Of a stretch of DNA of 64,000 bases, positions 1-12,600 are shown piece after piece. Both the position numbers and the translations under genes were made by a program. Position 1 is the stretch's first letter, and each line of letters begins with the position of its first letter. The notes under the pieces were generated by a model. It had not been told where the DNA came from. It did no database searches and saw only the letters and a list, made by a program, of their open reading frames with translations. The stretch comes from Rebecca billardiae RCC1528 (lineage: Eukaryota; Protista; Haptophyta). The stretch lies in assembly GCA_965240325.2 (NCBI GenBank), contig OZ251222.1:4836001-4900000 (forward strand), in the 5' to 3' direction.

Positions 1-223
1 GCCGCCCTGCTGGAGAGCTGTGGAGTTCAGAGTCTGGCGGAGCGCTGCACAGCGGCAGCCGGACTGGAGTACTGGACAAGTTCAAAGTCCGGCGTCGCCC
101 GGACGCACGCATCCTCAGACTCGCCACGTGATGCACGCCCAGATGCGCTCTCGATCGGCAATTGAGCGCGTCTAATTTGCCGACCCCAGCCGGAAGCTTG
201 TCGCTCCTCGCCGCCGCATCACG

Positions 224-1007
224 ATGCTTGTCCAGTTCGCGCTCACGGCGATGCTCGCCTTCAGTGGCCCGGCGGTCCGCGCACCGGGCGCGTCGTCGGT
301 GAAGATGGCGACGGGTGACAAGTCGCAGGCCCTCCCGTGGGCGCCGCGGCCGGTCAACCTGGACGGCACGCTCGCCGGCGACGTTGGCTTTGATCCGCTG
401 GGCTTCTCGTCGAAGAGCGTGGAGGACCTCTACCGCTACCGCGAGGCGGAGCTCAAGCACGGCCGCGTGTGCATGCTCGCGGTGACGGGCATGCTCACCC
501 AGGAGCTGTACTCGTGGCCCGCGCCCGACGGCGTCTTCAAGGCGCCGACGCCGCTCGGCGCGCTCGCGACTGTGCCGGCGTTTGGGTGGATTCAGATCAT
601 CGCGGCGATTGGCTTTCTCGAGGTGGCGGCGGCAAAGTACCAGGAGGCGCGCGTGCCGGGCGACTACGGCTTCGACCCGGTTGGGCTGTCGAAGGACGGC
701 ATCAACCCGTGGTACGCGCAGGCCGAGCTCGAGCACGGCCGCCTCGCGATGTGGGCGACCGCCGCGTTCCTCGTGCAGTCGTCGATCACCAACGAGCCCG
801 TGCTCAAGACGACGCTCGACTGGGTGGCGTCGATCCCGGGCAACTCGCTGTGCGCGCGCGCGCGACGCGCGCCGGATCCGCCGCGCGCCACGCCGCCGCG
901 CGCCACCCCTGCGCACCCTCGCGCCTGGCCCGCGCTCGGCCCGCTCACCGGTGCCGCGCTCGCCTCGCCCGCCGCCCCTCGGCTGCGCGCTGGGCAGGTC
1001 CGCCTAA
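224..1007 (+). CDS. Light-harvesting chlorophyll a/c-binding protein (LHC, Lhcr-like), plastid-targeted; exons 224-849, 998-1007
   Basis: Motifs [35 protein letters not shown] and [12 protein letters not shown]; signal peptide ending ..AMLAF then a transit-like stretch; GT(850)-AG(997) intron gives ..GNSLSA* with TAA at 1005-1007. Confidence 0.93.
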
Positions 1008-1351
1008 ATCGGACGCGGAGTCACGCATGTCGACGCGTATGCGCGTCGCGTGTGAGGCTTGCTCCACCTCCACTCGGACTGCCACGCCTGGTGGGGCGAC
1101 TGCGAGCGGGCACGGGCCTCTTGAGTGCGCTTGTGCCCGCGAATGATGCTGACGACACGACGACTGCGAGTGCCCCGAGGCACTCGACTGTCTCCTGACT
1201 GCGACGCGATGATCTATTTAGCATATCGACGGCATCATCGACCGTAAAGCTTGGCGAGAAGCCGCCGTGTCGTCTCGGACAGCGCTAATAGCGCGTGACA
1301 CTTACAGGTACGGTGCCGATACTGATTCGGTGACGATCGGTATGGCTATAC

Positions 1352-1397
1352 TATTTATTATTATTATAAATAATAATAATATTAATTACTAATTTTA
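1352..1397. repeat. AT-rich (TTA)n/(TAA)n low-complexity island, self-complementary
   Basis: tatttattattattataaataataataatattaatt within GC-rich background. Confidence 0.8.
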
Positions 1398-2365
1398 TGT
1401 CTACAGCTTGATGACCCGGTTGCCGAACCGCCGTCCCGAGGGCCGCACTGCGCGTCTGCGGTCGTACCGCAGGCTGTATACTGCTGCTGGCGCCGGTCTC
1501 ACGTCAGACTCGTCATGTCATACTCATTCTATGATTTAACGACACAGGTCCAGACAGGTAGGACGACGCGGGTCTCCTGATTCGTCGGCGGCAGTGCCCG
1601 ATCGTCGACACGAAGTCGGCGTTGGTGGCAGAGCATAGCCTGCACCGCGATCGTAAAGCTTGAGCGCGGCCTTGAGCTGCTGGAGCGCGATCCACCTGCG
1701 CTGCGCGGCTCGCATGGCCCTGCTGTGCCCCGAGCGAGGGCGATGGTGCAGGTCCGGATGTCAGCTGGCAGTCTCAGCCGCTGGTAGCAGCTGGTCGAGC
1801 CTGCCCCGTGCTCCCCGAGCGGTCGCGTACGCGCCTGCCGCTCGAGCCAGCTGGCTGGCTGGCGGCGGCTGGCGCTGCGGCGTCGTCCAGGGTGCGCTTC
1901 GTCCGCTGCTGAGGCAGCTCCTCGTCGTGCAAGTCGTCGCCCGGGGGCGAGTCTCGGTCCTCGTGGAGCGGGGCAGCAGGGACTGGCGTGGGTGCAGCGG
2001 TCGGTGCCAGGCGCGCTGCCGCCTTGCGCGCCTGGCGTTCCTCAAGTGACGGCGCGGCGCGTCGAGGAGCGACGGCTCGACGGAGAACGAATCCGTCGGC
2101 CCTCGGCGTCGCGCCGTTGCCCGCGCTTCCCACGCCGACTGCTACTAGCTCACCAGTGTTGATATATTGAAAATGATTATAATAATGCAGGGCCGCAACT
2201 GATGCGGAGCCGTGAAGCCTACGGCCCGCGTGCGGGCGCCAGCGGACCACGCGGCACGCCTGCCGAGTGCTGTGGTGGGCGCCGGGCCTGAGGACGAATT
2301 TCCGCCCTGCCGCTGCGCATCCTCGCGCCCGTTCATCAGGGCTCAGCCGGGCTCGGGCTCGGCAC

Positions 2366-3574
2366 TTAGGCGCGGCGCGCGGCGCGCGCCGCGCCGACGG
2401 CGACGAGCGCGGCCGCGGCGAGCGCGGCCGCGGCGAGCGCGCGAGGCCGCGTCCACGCGAGCGAGCGCGCGCGGAAGAGCAGGCCGTCCGTCGGGTAGAC
2501 GATGCCCACCTGCATGCGCACGCTATCCGCCAGCTCGGCGATCGCGACCGAGTGCGCGTGCGGCATCTGCTCGCACTCGAGCCGCCCCGCGCGCACCGCT
2601 GCCTCGACGGCGTGCAGCTCATAGGCCAGGCCCTCGCTGTGCGGGAAGTGGAGGGACGGCGGGCGCGCGGCGCCGGCGGGGCCCGGCCAGCGCGGGGGGA
2701 GCGGGTACTCGTGCGTGCGCACCTCGAACTCGCCGCGCCCGCCCTTCGCCACGCGCACGCTCAGCCCGGTCGGGCAGTGCGCCGGACTGTGCAGCAGCAC
2801 AGAGCCGCGCGTGCACACCAGGACCGTCTGCTCCGCGCCCGCGCCCGTGTAGCCCCACGCGGCGCAGCCGAGCTGGGCGGGGCCGAAGGCGATGGCGGCG
2901 CTGACCTGCGCGTCGATCGTGCCGCTCTCGTTGCGGTGCTGCTGCCCCAGCGCGCGCACCGCGCTGTGCGCGCCGAACAAGTGCACGCACGCCGCGAGCG
3001 GGTACACGCCCAGCATCAGCGTCGCGCCGCCGCCGAGCGCGCGCGTGAACTCGGGGCGGCTGGAGCCGAGGTCGTCGACGTACGAGAAGTCGGAGAGGAC
3101 GGTGGTCAGCTCGCCGATCTCGCCGGAGCGCACCACGCGCGCGGCCTCCTCCACCGCGGGGAAGAAGCGCGTCCAGTGCGCCTCGAGCACGAAGCGGCGC
3201 CGCCGGCGCGCCTCAGCGACAATCCTGCGCGCGCCCGGCGCGTCGATGGCGAGCGGCTTCTCGACGAGGACGTGCTTGCCGGCGCGGAGGCAGAGGAGGG
3301 CGTGCTCCACGTGCTGCAGGTGGAACGTGGCGACGTAGACCACGTCCACGTCCGCCGCGTGCGCCACCTCCGCGTACGCCGCCCGCCCGTGCGCGCTCGA
3401 CGCGCGGCAGCCAAAGAGGGCGGCCATGCACTGCGCCTGCGAGCGCGAGCGGCCCGCGACGGCGACGAGCTCGTTGGTGGGCGAGGCCTTGAGCGCGCAG
3501 GCAAAGTCGTGCGCGATGCGCCCCGTGCCGATGATGCCCCAGCGCAGCGGCCGCTCCGCCGCCGCCGTCTGCAT
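2366..3574 (-). CDS. Gfo/Idh/MocA family NAD(P)-dependent oxidoreductase (dihydrodiol/xylose dehydrogenase-like)
   Basis: LRWGIIGTGRIA Rossmann motif, GKHVLVEKP, EAHWTRFFP, LGGGATLMLGVY; ATG at 3574 chosen just before the domain; hydrophobic C-terminal tail. Confidence 0.9.
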   Translation of the reverse strand: MQTAAAERPLRWGIIGTGRIAHDFACALKASPTNELVAVAGRSRSQAQCMAALFGCRASSAHGRAAYAEVAHAADVDVVYVATFHLQHVEHALLCLRAGKHVLVEKPLAIDAPGARRIVAEARRRRRFVLEAHWTRFFPAVEEAARVVRSGEIGELTTVLSDFSYVDDLGSSRPEFTRALGGGATLMLGVYPLAACVHLFGAHSAVRALGQQHRNESGTIDAQVSAAIAFGPAQLGCAAWGYTGAGAEQTVLVCTRGSVLLHSPAHCPTGLSVRVAKGGRGEFEVRTHEYPLPPRWPGPAGAARPPSLHFPHSEGLAYELHAVEAAVRAGRLECEQMPHAHSVAIAELADSVRMQVGIVYPTDGLLFRARSLAWTRPRALAAAALAAAALVAVGAARAARRA

Positions 3575-3996
3575 GGCGTCCAGCGAATCCAGGCAGCCGG
3601 CCGGTGCGCCGCCCACGAGCCGGCGGCCGCCGAGCGCGCAGCATTTTATCATTTTTATGATATGCCGGCGGCCACCTTCAAATGTCACATGCAATCTGAA
3701 TCGTGCGCTTTGCTGTGGTGAACTATGTCAGGCACAGACTGGCGTGACGCGGAAGCTGTCACGCGGCCTGGCAGCGGTGGCGCCGTCGGAGTCGTTGCGG
3801 TCCCAGTCCGTCAGGGCCATTCACCTGGGCAGCGGAGTGAGACAAGGGCGGTAGCTGATGCCAGCAGCCGTCAGTCGCAGTCTGTCAGGCCGGGCCGGTA
3901 GTGCCGGCCGGTACAGTACTGCGGCTCCGCACGGTGAGCGCGGGCCGGCCGCGCGGAACGGCATCAGTCCGCTTGGCCTTGCAGACCCCGCCATGG

Positions 3997-4512
3997 TCAT
4001 CGACGGTGATGGCCATCGTGGTGCCACACGATGCCTTGCGGCGACGGACGGCGCTTGCCGGCGTCGGGTGGCGGCTCCGGGAGCAATTCCGTCGCGTGCG
4101 TCACGCAGATGAGCCGCATGTTGTTGGGCGTGCGCGCCTCGCACCTGCTGATCGAGTCGATCTTGCGCTCGCACTGCTCGCGCGAGAGCCGCTTGCAGAA
4201 GGCCTCGAGGAAGTGCGGGCGCACGTTCAACGCCTGCCGCATCCAGCGGCGCAGGCAGTTGCACGCCTCGCTGCCGCGCTCGCACCCCGCCACGCCGCAG
4301 CTCTGCGCGTGTGCAAAGCAGTGCTTGTTCGGGACGCACGAGTGGAACGCGCCTTCGTCGCGGGTTGGAGCGCGAGGCGGCGTCGAGGAGGTGCGGGCGG
4401 GGGCGTAGAGCGAGCGGCGCGCCGTGGCGTTGTGTGCGCGCGCCGTGCCCGCCGCGCCCGACGCCGCAAGCGAGAAGAACGCTAGCGCCCGCCAACGGAG
4501 GCCACCCGCCAT
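3997..4512 (-). CDS. Putative secreted cysteine-rich protein (171 aa), unknown function
   Basis: Signal-peptide-like MAGGLRWRALAFFSLAASGAAG, 10 Cys within about 80 aa, GC3-rich codon usage. Confidence 0.6.
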   Translation of the reverse strand: MAGGLRWRALAFFSLAASGAAGTARAHNATARRSLYAPARTSSTPPRAPTRDEGAFHSCVPNKHCFAHAQSCGVAGCERGSEACNCLRRWMRQALNVRPHFLEAFCKRLSREQCERKIDSISRCEARTPNNMRLICVTHATELLPEPPPDAGKRRPSPQGIVWHHDGHHRR

Positions 4513-5035
4513 CGTGCCAGCAGGCTCAACGGCCGGCAGCCGAGGAAAGATCAGTCCGGTGTTCAGCTTCTTACAAACATCAGTCTGAGTTCTCAGACTG
4601 GCAGGTGCTCCAAGGACTGTGACGTTCGACAGAGTGCTTTCGCGCGACGATGATGAACAAAGTGGTTCGGAGGCCGAGGAATACCACTTTTCGCGGCGAG
4701 TCCCGCCGGGATCTCCCTTGGCCGGGTGACGAAGCGCAAGCTCCACAGCTAGCGCTGTGGGCCAGTCTGAAAGTCACGCGGCACATCACACCCGCGTCAG
4801 TTCTGTGTGGTGAACGGTGGGACCGGCAGACGGCAGCGGACTTTCACCGGCTGGGCTGCCCCTTTGTACGTGCTCGTAATGACAGCACGCCACACGTCGT
4901 TCGCCTCGAAACTCGTAACTCGTCGCCCGGCAGCACAGCCACTTGCTTGACCGGATACGCAGCAGCGGCGCTTTCGAGTGGGGCGACGCCGACGCCGACG
5001 CGCAGGCTCGGAGAGAGGGCCGAGTGGCGCGCGGC

Positions 5036-5877
5036 ATGGCGGCAGAGGAGGCGCACACGACGGGCCCTGTCGACGCCGCGCCGCTCGCGTGCGCTCACGA
5101 CGCGGCTGCGCCTGCCAAGCCGCAGTGCGAGGCCGCGCGCGCTGAGGCGCCGTCATCAGCGCCGCTGGGCGCAGGCGGCGCCACGCCGCCCCGGGCGGAG
5201 GCGGGCGCGCTGAGCGAGGCGCAGCCTCGCGAGCACCTTGTGGGTGCATCCCCGCCTGCCCACGCCGCGGGCGCCGCGCCGCGCGCGCCGGCGGCCGCCG
5301 CCGAGCCCGGCGGGCGCGGCGGCACGCCAGCGCGCGCGGCCGCCGTCTCCGCCGCCGCGATCGCCGCGGCGACGGCGGCGACGGAGGAGGCGGACATCCC
5401 GGAGGACGACGAGGAGTCGACGAGCGCCTCCGACCGCGCCTCCGACGCCTCCGCCTCCGACTCGGACGAGGCCGACGTCTTCACCGCCGAGCGCATCGAG
5501 GGGCGGCGCGTGGTCGGCCGCGGCAAGGCCGTGCAGTATCTTGTCAAGTGGCAGGGTTACGGCGCGGCGGAGAACACGTGGGAGCCGGAGGCGAACATCT
5601 TCGACCGCTCGCTCATCGTCGCCTTCGAGGCCGAGCGCCGCGCCGCCGCCGCCGCCGCCGCCGCCTCGACCAAGGCGGCCGCGGCCGCGGGCGCGCCGCC
5701 GCGCGCGCCGCGCGCAAAGCCGGCGGCCGGCGCCGCGCCGCGCGGCCGGCCGAAGGGCAAGGCGGCGGCGGCGGCGGCGGCGGCGGGCGACGGTGCGAAG
5801 CCCGGCTCGCCCGCGACGCCCGCCGCCGTGCCAGCCGTGCCGATCACGCCCGTCGTCGTCACGCCCGACGCGCCCCT

Positions 5878-5918
<41 letters not shown>

Positions 5919-6643
5919 GCGCGTCTGGCGCGCACGCGCTCTGGCTGTCGCTCTCGCCGCCGCCGTCTCCGCCGCCGTCGCCCGGCGCGGCGGGCCCGAG
6001 CGATGCGGAGGGCCCGGTGCCCTCCGCCGCGCCCGCCGCCGCCCTCGGCTCCCCCACCGCGCGCGCGCCGCGGTGCGCGCACTCGGCCGCGCGCCGCGCG
6101 GCCGAGGGCGCGGGCGCGGAGGCGGGCGCGGAGGCGGGCGCGGCGCCCGCGGCCGCGGCCGCGCACGCGCCCGGCGCGGAGGCGGAGGCGGAGATCGAGT
6201 GCATCCTGAAGTGCGCGCTGATCGAGGAGCACGCGATGTACCTCGTGCGCTGGGCGCCGCCCGACCGCGCCGAGGACTCCACCTGGGAGGAGGGCGCCAA
6301 CCTGCACGCCGACGCGGTGCGCGACTGGCGCTGGCAGCACGGCGCGCTGCCGTGTGCTCTGGCCGAGCTGCTGCAGCTGCTGCCGGAGGCGGGGGCGGGC
6401 GCGCTGCGCGAGCTGGGGCTGCTGCCCGCGGCGGCGGAGGGCGCGCCGCCCGAGGAGCGCAAGCGCCGCCGCCGCTCGCGCGCCGACGACGCCGCGCCCC
6501 TCGGCGGCGGCGCGCGCGAGCTCGAGCGCGCCGCTGCGCCGCCGCCCTTCGGCAGCGGCGCGGAGGGCCGGCTGCGCGCGCTGCTGCTGGCCGCGGCCCG
6601 TGCGCCGCGCGCGCCGGCGGCGGAGGAGCTCGCGCGCCTCGTC

Positions 6644-6679
<36 letters not shown>

Positions 6680-9600
6680 GCCGCGGCCGCGGCCGCCAGC
6701 GCCTCCGCGCTCGCCGCGCCCGCCGAGCCGGGCGGCGGCGGCGGCGGCGGCGGCGCTGGCGGCGGCGCGCACGCGCTCGGCGGCGCGTGGGCGCTCGGCG
6801 TGCCGCTGCGCACGGCGGGCGCTGCGGCGCACGGCGGCGCGCGCGCGGCGGCGGCGGAGGCGGCGTCGGCGGGCCCGCCGCCCGCGCACGCCGCGTCCGA
6901 GGTGGAGCTCGGCCTCTCGCAGCTGCAGGCGTGCGCCGCCCTCCTCGCGACGCGCGTGCCGTGGCGCGGCTGGCGCCGGCCGCGCGCGCACGCGGGCCTT
7001 GCGTGCGCCTCCAAGCTGGCCGCCAAGACGGACGTGCTGCTGCTGCCCGCGTGCATGGGGCAGGCGGCGGTGCGGGCGCACGTGGAGGGCGTGTGCGCGG
7101 AGGTGGAGGCGGAGGAGGCGCGCGAGCGCGCGCGCGCGCAGGCGGACGAGGACGCGGCCGCCGAGGCGGCGGAGGAGGCGGCGGCCGCCGCCGCGGCCGC
7201 CGCCGCGGCGCGGGCGCCGGCGGCGGCCGCGCCCGCGCCCGCCGCGCCCGCGGACGCGCCGGCCGCGGCGGCGGGCGCGGCGGGCGCGGCGGCCGCGCCC
7301 GCGGACGCCGCGCTTGCCGCGGCCGCGCCAGCCGCGGCCGCGCCAGCCGCGGCCGCGCCCGCCGCCGCGGGCTCGGCCGCCGCCGCGGCCGCGCCCGCCG
7401 CGCCCGCCGCGCCCGCCGCCGCGGCCGCGCCCGCCGCGCCCGCCGCGCCCGCCGCCGCCGCCGCGCCCGCCGCGCCCGCCGCGCCCGCCGCCGCCGCGCG
7501 CGTCGACCACGCGGCCGCGCGGCGCGGCAGCGCGCTGGTGGCGCGCTGGGCGCTGCCGCGCAAGGCGATCGCCGCCGCGGCGGGCGTGCCCGACGCGCAC
7601 ATCGGCATGTACCTGCGCAACCGGCTGGGCAGCGCGCGGCGCGAGGCGGTGGGCGGCGCGCTGCTGCGCTGGCTGGCGGACGAGGCGGAGGGCGGCGGCG
7701 CGGCCGTGCTCGCGCGCGCGCACGCGGCGAAGGCGGCGCACGAGGCGTCGGCGGCGGACGCGCGCCGCGCCGCCGCCGAGGGCGCGGCCGAGGGCGGCGG
7801 CTCGGCGTGCGACGCGAGCGTCGCCCTGCTCCGCCTCGCGGCGCGCGCGCGGCGCGGCGCGCCCGGCGCCGCGCCCGCCGCCGACGGCGCCGCGCCCGCC
7901 GCCGACGGCGCCGCGCGCGCCGCCGACGCGGCGGCGCCCGCCGACGGCGCCCCCGCTGCCGCCGCACCCCCCGTGCTCCCCCTGGCGGCGGCCGTGCTGC
8001 TGGCAGTGCCGCTGGAGGGCCACGAGCTCAGCGTCAGCAGCGCGGCGCTCGACGCGGCGCTGCTGCGCGGCGGCGGCGGCGGGGCGGCGGACGCGGGCGG
8101 CGGCGGCGACGGCGGCGGCGGCGGCGCGGGCGCGCAGAGCGCGCTGCTCTGCTTCGAGCTGCCCCCGCCGCCCGCGCGCGCGCAGCAGCAGCACCCGGCG
8201 CCGCCGCCCGCCGCGGTGCGCGTACTGCAGGCGCCGGGCGGCGCCGCGGCGCACGGCGGCGCCGACGCGGGCGGCGCGCTCGAGGCCGCGCGCGCGTGGT
8301 GCGCGGCGCTGCGCGATCTGGCGGGCGCGCTGGGCGCGGCGCGCGCGGCGGCGCGCGCGCCGCCGCACCCCGGCGCGCCGGCCGAGCCCCTGCGCGGCGT
8401 GCAGCTGTGCACCTCCGCCCGGCTCGACCTGGGCACGGCCGACGGCGCGGCCGCGCTCGAGGGCGCGCTGCTCGCGCTCGCCAGGCGCAACGACGCGCTG
8501 GCGGGCGGCCGCGCGGCGGCGCGCGGCGCGCCGGCGGACGCGCTGTGCCGCGCGCTGTGCGCGGCCGCGTGCGAGGCCGGCGGCGCCGGCGGCGCCGACG
8601 GGGCGGGCGGCGCCGCCGCCGCGCCCGCGCGCGCGCTCCTCCCCGCGCTGCGCGCGCGCGTGCTCGGCCGCGCGCCGCTGCCCGCGCCGCTCTGGCCGCG
8701 CCGCGCGCTCGAGGCGGGCGCGCCGCCGCTGCTGCGGCCGCGCGCCGTGGACCTGACGTACAACTCCGACGAGGAGCCGGACTCGAGCGCGGGGGAGGAG
8801 AGCGAGGAGGAGGCGCGGCCGCGCGGCAAGAAGCGCGGCGGCGCGCCCGCCTCGCCCCCCGCCGGCCGGCGCGGCGGCGCCGCCGCGCTCCCCGCCGACG
8901 CGCGCTTCATCGCGGTCGGCGCCGTGCGCGAGGCGCGCGGCGCCACGGTGCGCGTCGCGCTGGTGTGCCCCGCGTGCGTGGTGGCGGAGGTGGGCGCGTG
9001 GGGCGTGCGGCTCGCGGCGGACGCGGACTGGGCGGTGCGCGCGTTCGAGGCGCGCGACGTGCGCGTCCTCGCCGAGGGGCCCGAGCCGCTGCTGCAGGCC
9101 ACGCTCGCGCCGCTCGACGGAGGCGGCATGCCCTCGGCCGCGCGGCTGGCGCGCGCGACGGTGTGCACCACGCCGCTGTGCCCGCCGTCGGTGCAGGCGT
9201 CGGTGGAGCAGACGCGCGACGCGCACGGCGTGGGCCGCGCCAAGCCGTTCACGCTGCCCAAGGCCGAGCTCGGCCGCTGGTTCGAGCGCATCGAGCAGGC
9301 GCGGCGCGACGCGCGCGAGGCGGACGCGCGCGCCGCCGCGGCCGCGGAGGCGGCGGCCGCGCTCGCCGCCGCCGCCTCGCTCGGCGAGCTCGACACGTCG
9401 GCGATCCTGGCGCAGCGCGGCAAGCGCGGCGCGGCGGTGGAGGCGCACCGCGCCAACCTCGACGCGGCGCTCGACGCGTGGCTCGACGAGGAGTCCTCCG
9501 ACGACGAGTCGTGGGGCGCGCGCCCGGCCAAGCGCGCGCGCGCGCCCGGCGCGCCCGGCGCGGCCGACGGCGGCAGCGACGACGGCAGCGAGGGCGAGGG

Positions 9601-12600
9601 CGAGGGCGAGGGCGAGGAGAGCAGCAGCAGCAGCGAGGAGGACGGGGAGGACGAGGACGGCGAGGAGGGCAGCAGCGACGACGGCAACTCCGCCGAGCTC
9701 TCCGACGCCGCCGAGTGGCACGACGGCCAGCGCGTCTCGAAGCGCCGCTCAGCCGCGGAGGCGCGCGGCACGCTCGGTGCGCACACGGCGCGCACAGCGC
9801 GCGCGCACAGCGCGCGCGGCGGCGCGCGCGGCGCGCCCCCTGGCTCACGCGCGCGCGCGCGCGCCCGCCCCCGCCCCGCGTCTGCAGGCGCCGAGATCGC
9901 CGCGAGCGCCGCGGCCGGCCTCCTGCTCGACTCGTCGTCAGAGGACGAGGACTGGGCGGCGCCCGGGGGCGGAGGCGGCGCGGGCGCGGACGGCAGCGAC
10001 GGCAGCGCGTCCTCCTCCGAGGCGGAGGAGGCGGAGGCGGGCGAGGCGCCGGCCGGCGATGCCCCGCCGACGCGCAAGCGCAAGGCCGCCGCCTCGCGCG
10101 CGCCCAGGGCGCCCAGGGAGGCGGGCGCGGCGCGCGGCCGCGGGCGCGGCGGGCGCGGCGGCCGCGGCGCGCGCGGCCGCGGCGCGGCCGCCGCCGCGCC
10201 GGCCGCCGCCGCGCCGGCCGCGGCCGCGCCGAGCGCGGCCGCGCCCGCGGTGCCCGAGCCGCCCGCGCCGCTGCCGCCGCCCGCCACGCCGCCGAGCGCG
10301 CGGCACGGCCTCTCCGCGCCCGCGCCCGCGCCTGCCGCCGCCTCGCCCTCCGGTCGCCCGTCCGCCAAGCGGCAGCGCCGCCTCCCGGCCCGGCTGCGCG
10401 ATGGCACACAGCCGGGCAGCGCGCCGCGCACCCCGGCCGCGCGCGCGCCCGCGCAGGACGTGCCGCACCACGCGCCGCCGCCGACGGTGCGCGCGCGCGC
10501 GCGCGTGCGCGCACCGCCTCCCCGCGCGCGCCCCCGTCGAGTCGCGCGCGATGGCGCCCTCGGCTCACGCCCGCGCTCGCACGCCGCGCCGTGCGCCGTG
10601 CGCCGTGCGCTGTGCGCCGCAGGACGTGGCGCTGCCGCCCGCACCGCCGCACGAGGCGGCGGGCGCGCACGGCGGCGGCGGCGGCTCGCTCGGCGTGCGG
10701 CCCGTCGGTGCGGCGTGCACGGTCTCTGAGCTCAAGTGTGCGTGCGCACACACCCACGCACACCCGCCGCCCGCTGCGCCGGAGCACGCGGCGGCGCGCT
10801 GCGCGCCGGCCAATGGCGCCGCCAATGGCACCGCCCACGCCGCCAACGGCGCCGCCAGTGGCGCCGCCCACGCCGCCAACGGCGCCGCGGCCGTGGCGTC
10901 GGCGCCGCGGCCGCGCACCGCGCTCAGTGCCGCGCACGCGGGCGCGCCGCCTCCGGAGTGTGTGCTGCCTTTGCCTGATGCGGTCGCCCTGGGGCAGCAG
11001 GCGGCGGCGGCTGCCAAGCTGCTCGCTGCCGCCATGCCGCAGCTGCAGGCACAGGCGGTGCGCGCGGCGCCCGCGCACCCCCCAGCGCCGCATCCTGCGC
11101 AGCAGCCGCCGCAGCCGCCGCCGCAGCCGCCGCCCGCGCCACAGCAGCCGCCGCCGCTCCAGCATGCGCCGCAGCAGCAGCCGCAGCAGCAGCCGCAGCA
11201 GCCGCCTGCACCGCAGCCGGCACCGCAGCCGGCACCGCAGCCGGCGCCGCAGCCGGTGCCGCCGCAGCAGGCGCCGCAGCCGCAGCTGGCGCCGCAGCCG
11301 CAGCTGGCGCCGCAGCCGGCGCCGCAGCCGCAGCTGGCGCCGCAGCCGGCGCCGCAGCCGGCGCCGCAGCCGGCGCCGCAGCCGGCGCCGCCGTCGGCGC
11401 CGCAGCAGGCGCCGCAGTCGCAGCTGGCGCAGCCGCCGCCGCAGCAGCCGCTGCAGCCGCAGCTGGCGCCGCAGCAGCCGCCGCAGCAGCCGCCCGCACC
11501 ACAGCAGCCGCCTGCACTGCAGGAGGCACCGCTTCAGGCGCCGCAGCCGCAGCCAACGCAGCCGCAGCAGCCGCCGCAGCCGCACCCCCTGGCGGCGCCG
11601 CAGCCCGCCGCGGCGCCGCAGCCAGGCGTGGCGCATGCGGAGGCGGCGACGGCGCCGCACCCCGCCGCGGGCCCCGAGCCGCCGGGCCCGCCCCCCGGCG
11701 CGCCCACCGTCGAGGGCAGCGGCGCGCGGGGCCCCGCGCCCGCGCCGCCCCCGCCTTGCACCGCACTGTACACCCAGCCCGCGAGCTCGGACGAGGGCGC
11801 GCACCCGCACGCCTCCGCCAGCGCGGCGACGCGCGCGGCGGGCGCGGACGGGCCGGCGGGCGCGGACGGCGCGGCGAACGCGGCGACGGCGCCGACCACG
11901 GCGGCGACCTCGGACGTGGAGCCCTCGCACAGCGGCGCGGAGCACGGCGGCGGCGCGGCCGAGTGCGCGCACGCGCCGATGGACGTGTGCGCCGCGCTGG
12001 GCGCGGGCCCCGCACTGGGCACGGCGCTGCCGCGCGCGCTCGAGCTGCCGCCGATGCCGGCGCGCTCGAGCAGCGCGGCGGCCGCCGACGTTGGCGCGGC
12101 GGCGGGCGCGTCGCCGCCGCCGTCGCCGCGGCTGCCGCCCGCGGCGGCGGCGGCGGCCGCGGCGGCGGCGGCCGCGGCGGCGGCGGCCGCGCGCGAGCCC
12201 GCGGCCGCGGCGGCCGCGGCGGCCGCGGCGGCGCACGTGGGCGTGGCGGCGTGGGGCAGCTGCGCAGAGTGCGGCGGCGCGACGGCGTCGTGCCCCTCGC
12301 AGCTGCCCGCGAGCGACAGCGCGCCGCTCGAGATGCCGCTGCCGCTGCTGCCCACGCCCGCGCTCACGCCCGCCACGCCCGCGCTCGACGGCGCGGCCGC
12401 GGCGGCCGCGAGCGCCGCGGCGGCCGAGGGCGCGGGCGCGGGCGCGGACGTGGGCACGCGCGTGCGCACGCTGCACGACGTGGCGCCTCCGCTCTCGCCG
12501 CCCGCGCTGCCGCTGCACCTGCCGCTGCCGCCGCCCGCCGAGCAGCACGGCGCGGCCGCCGAGCGCGCGGGGTGCGCGCAGCAGCAGCCTCTCGGCCTCG

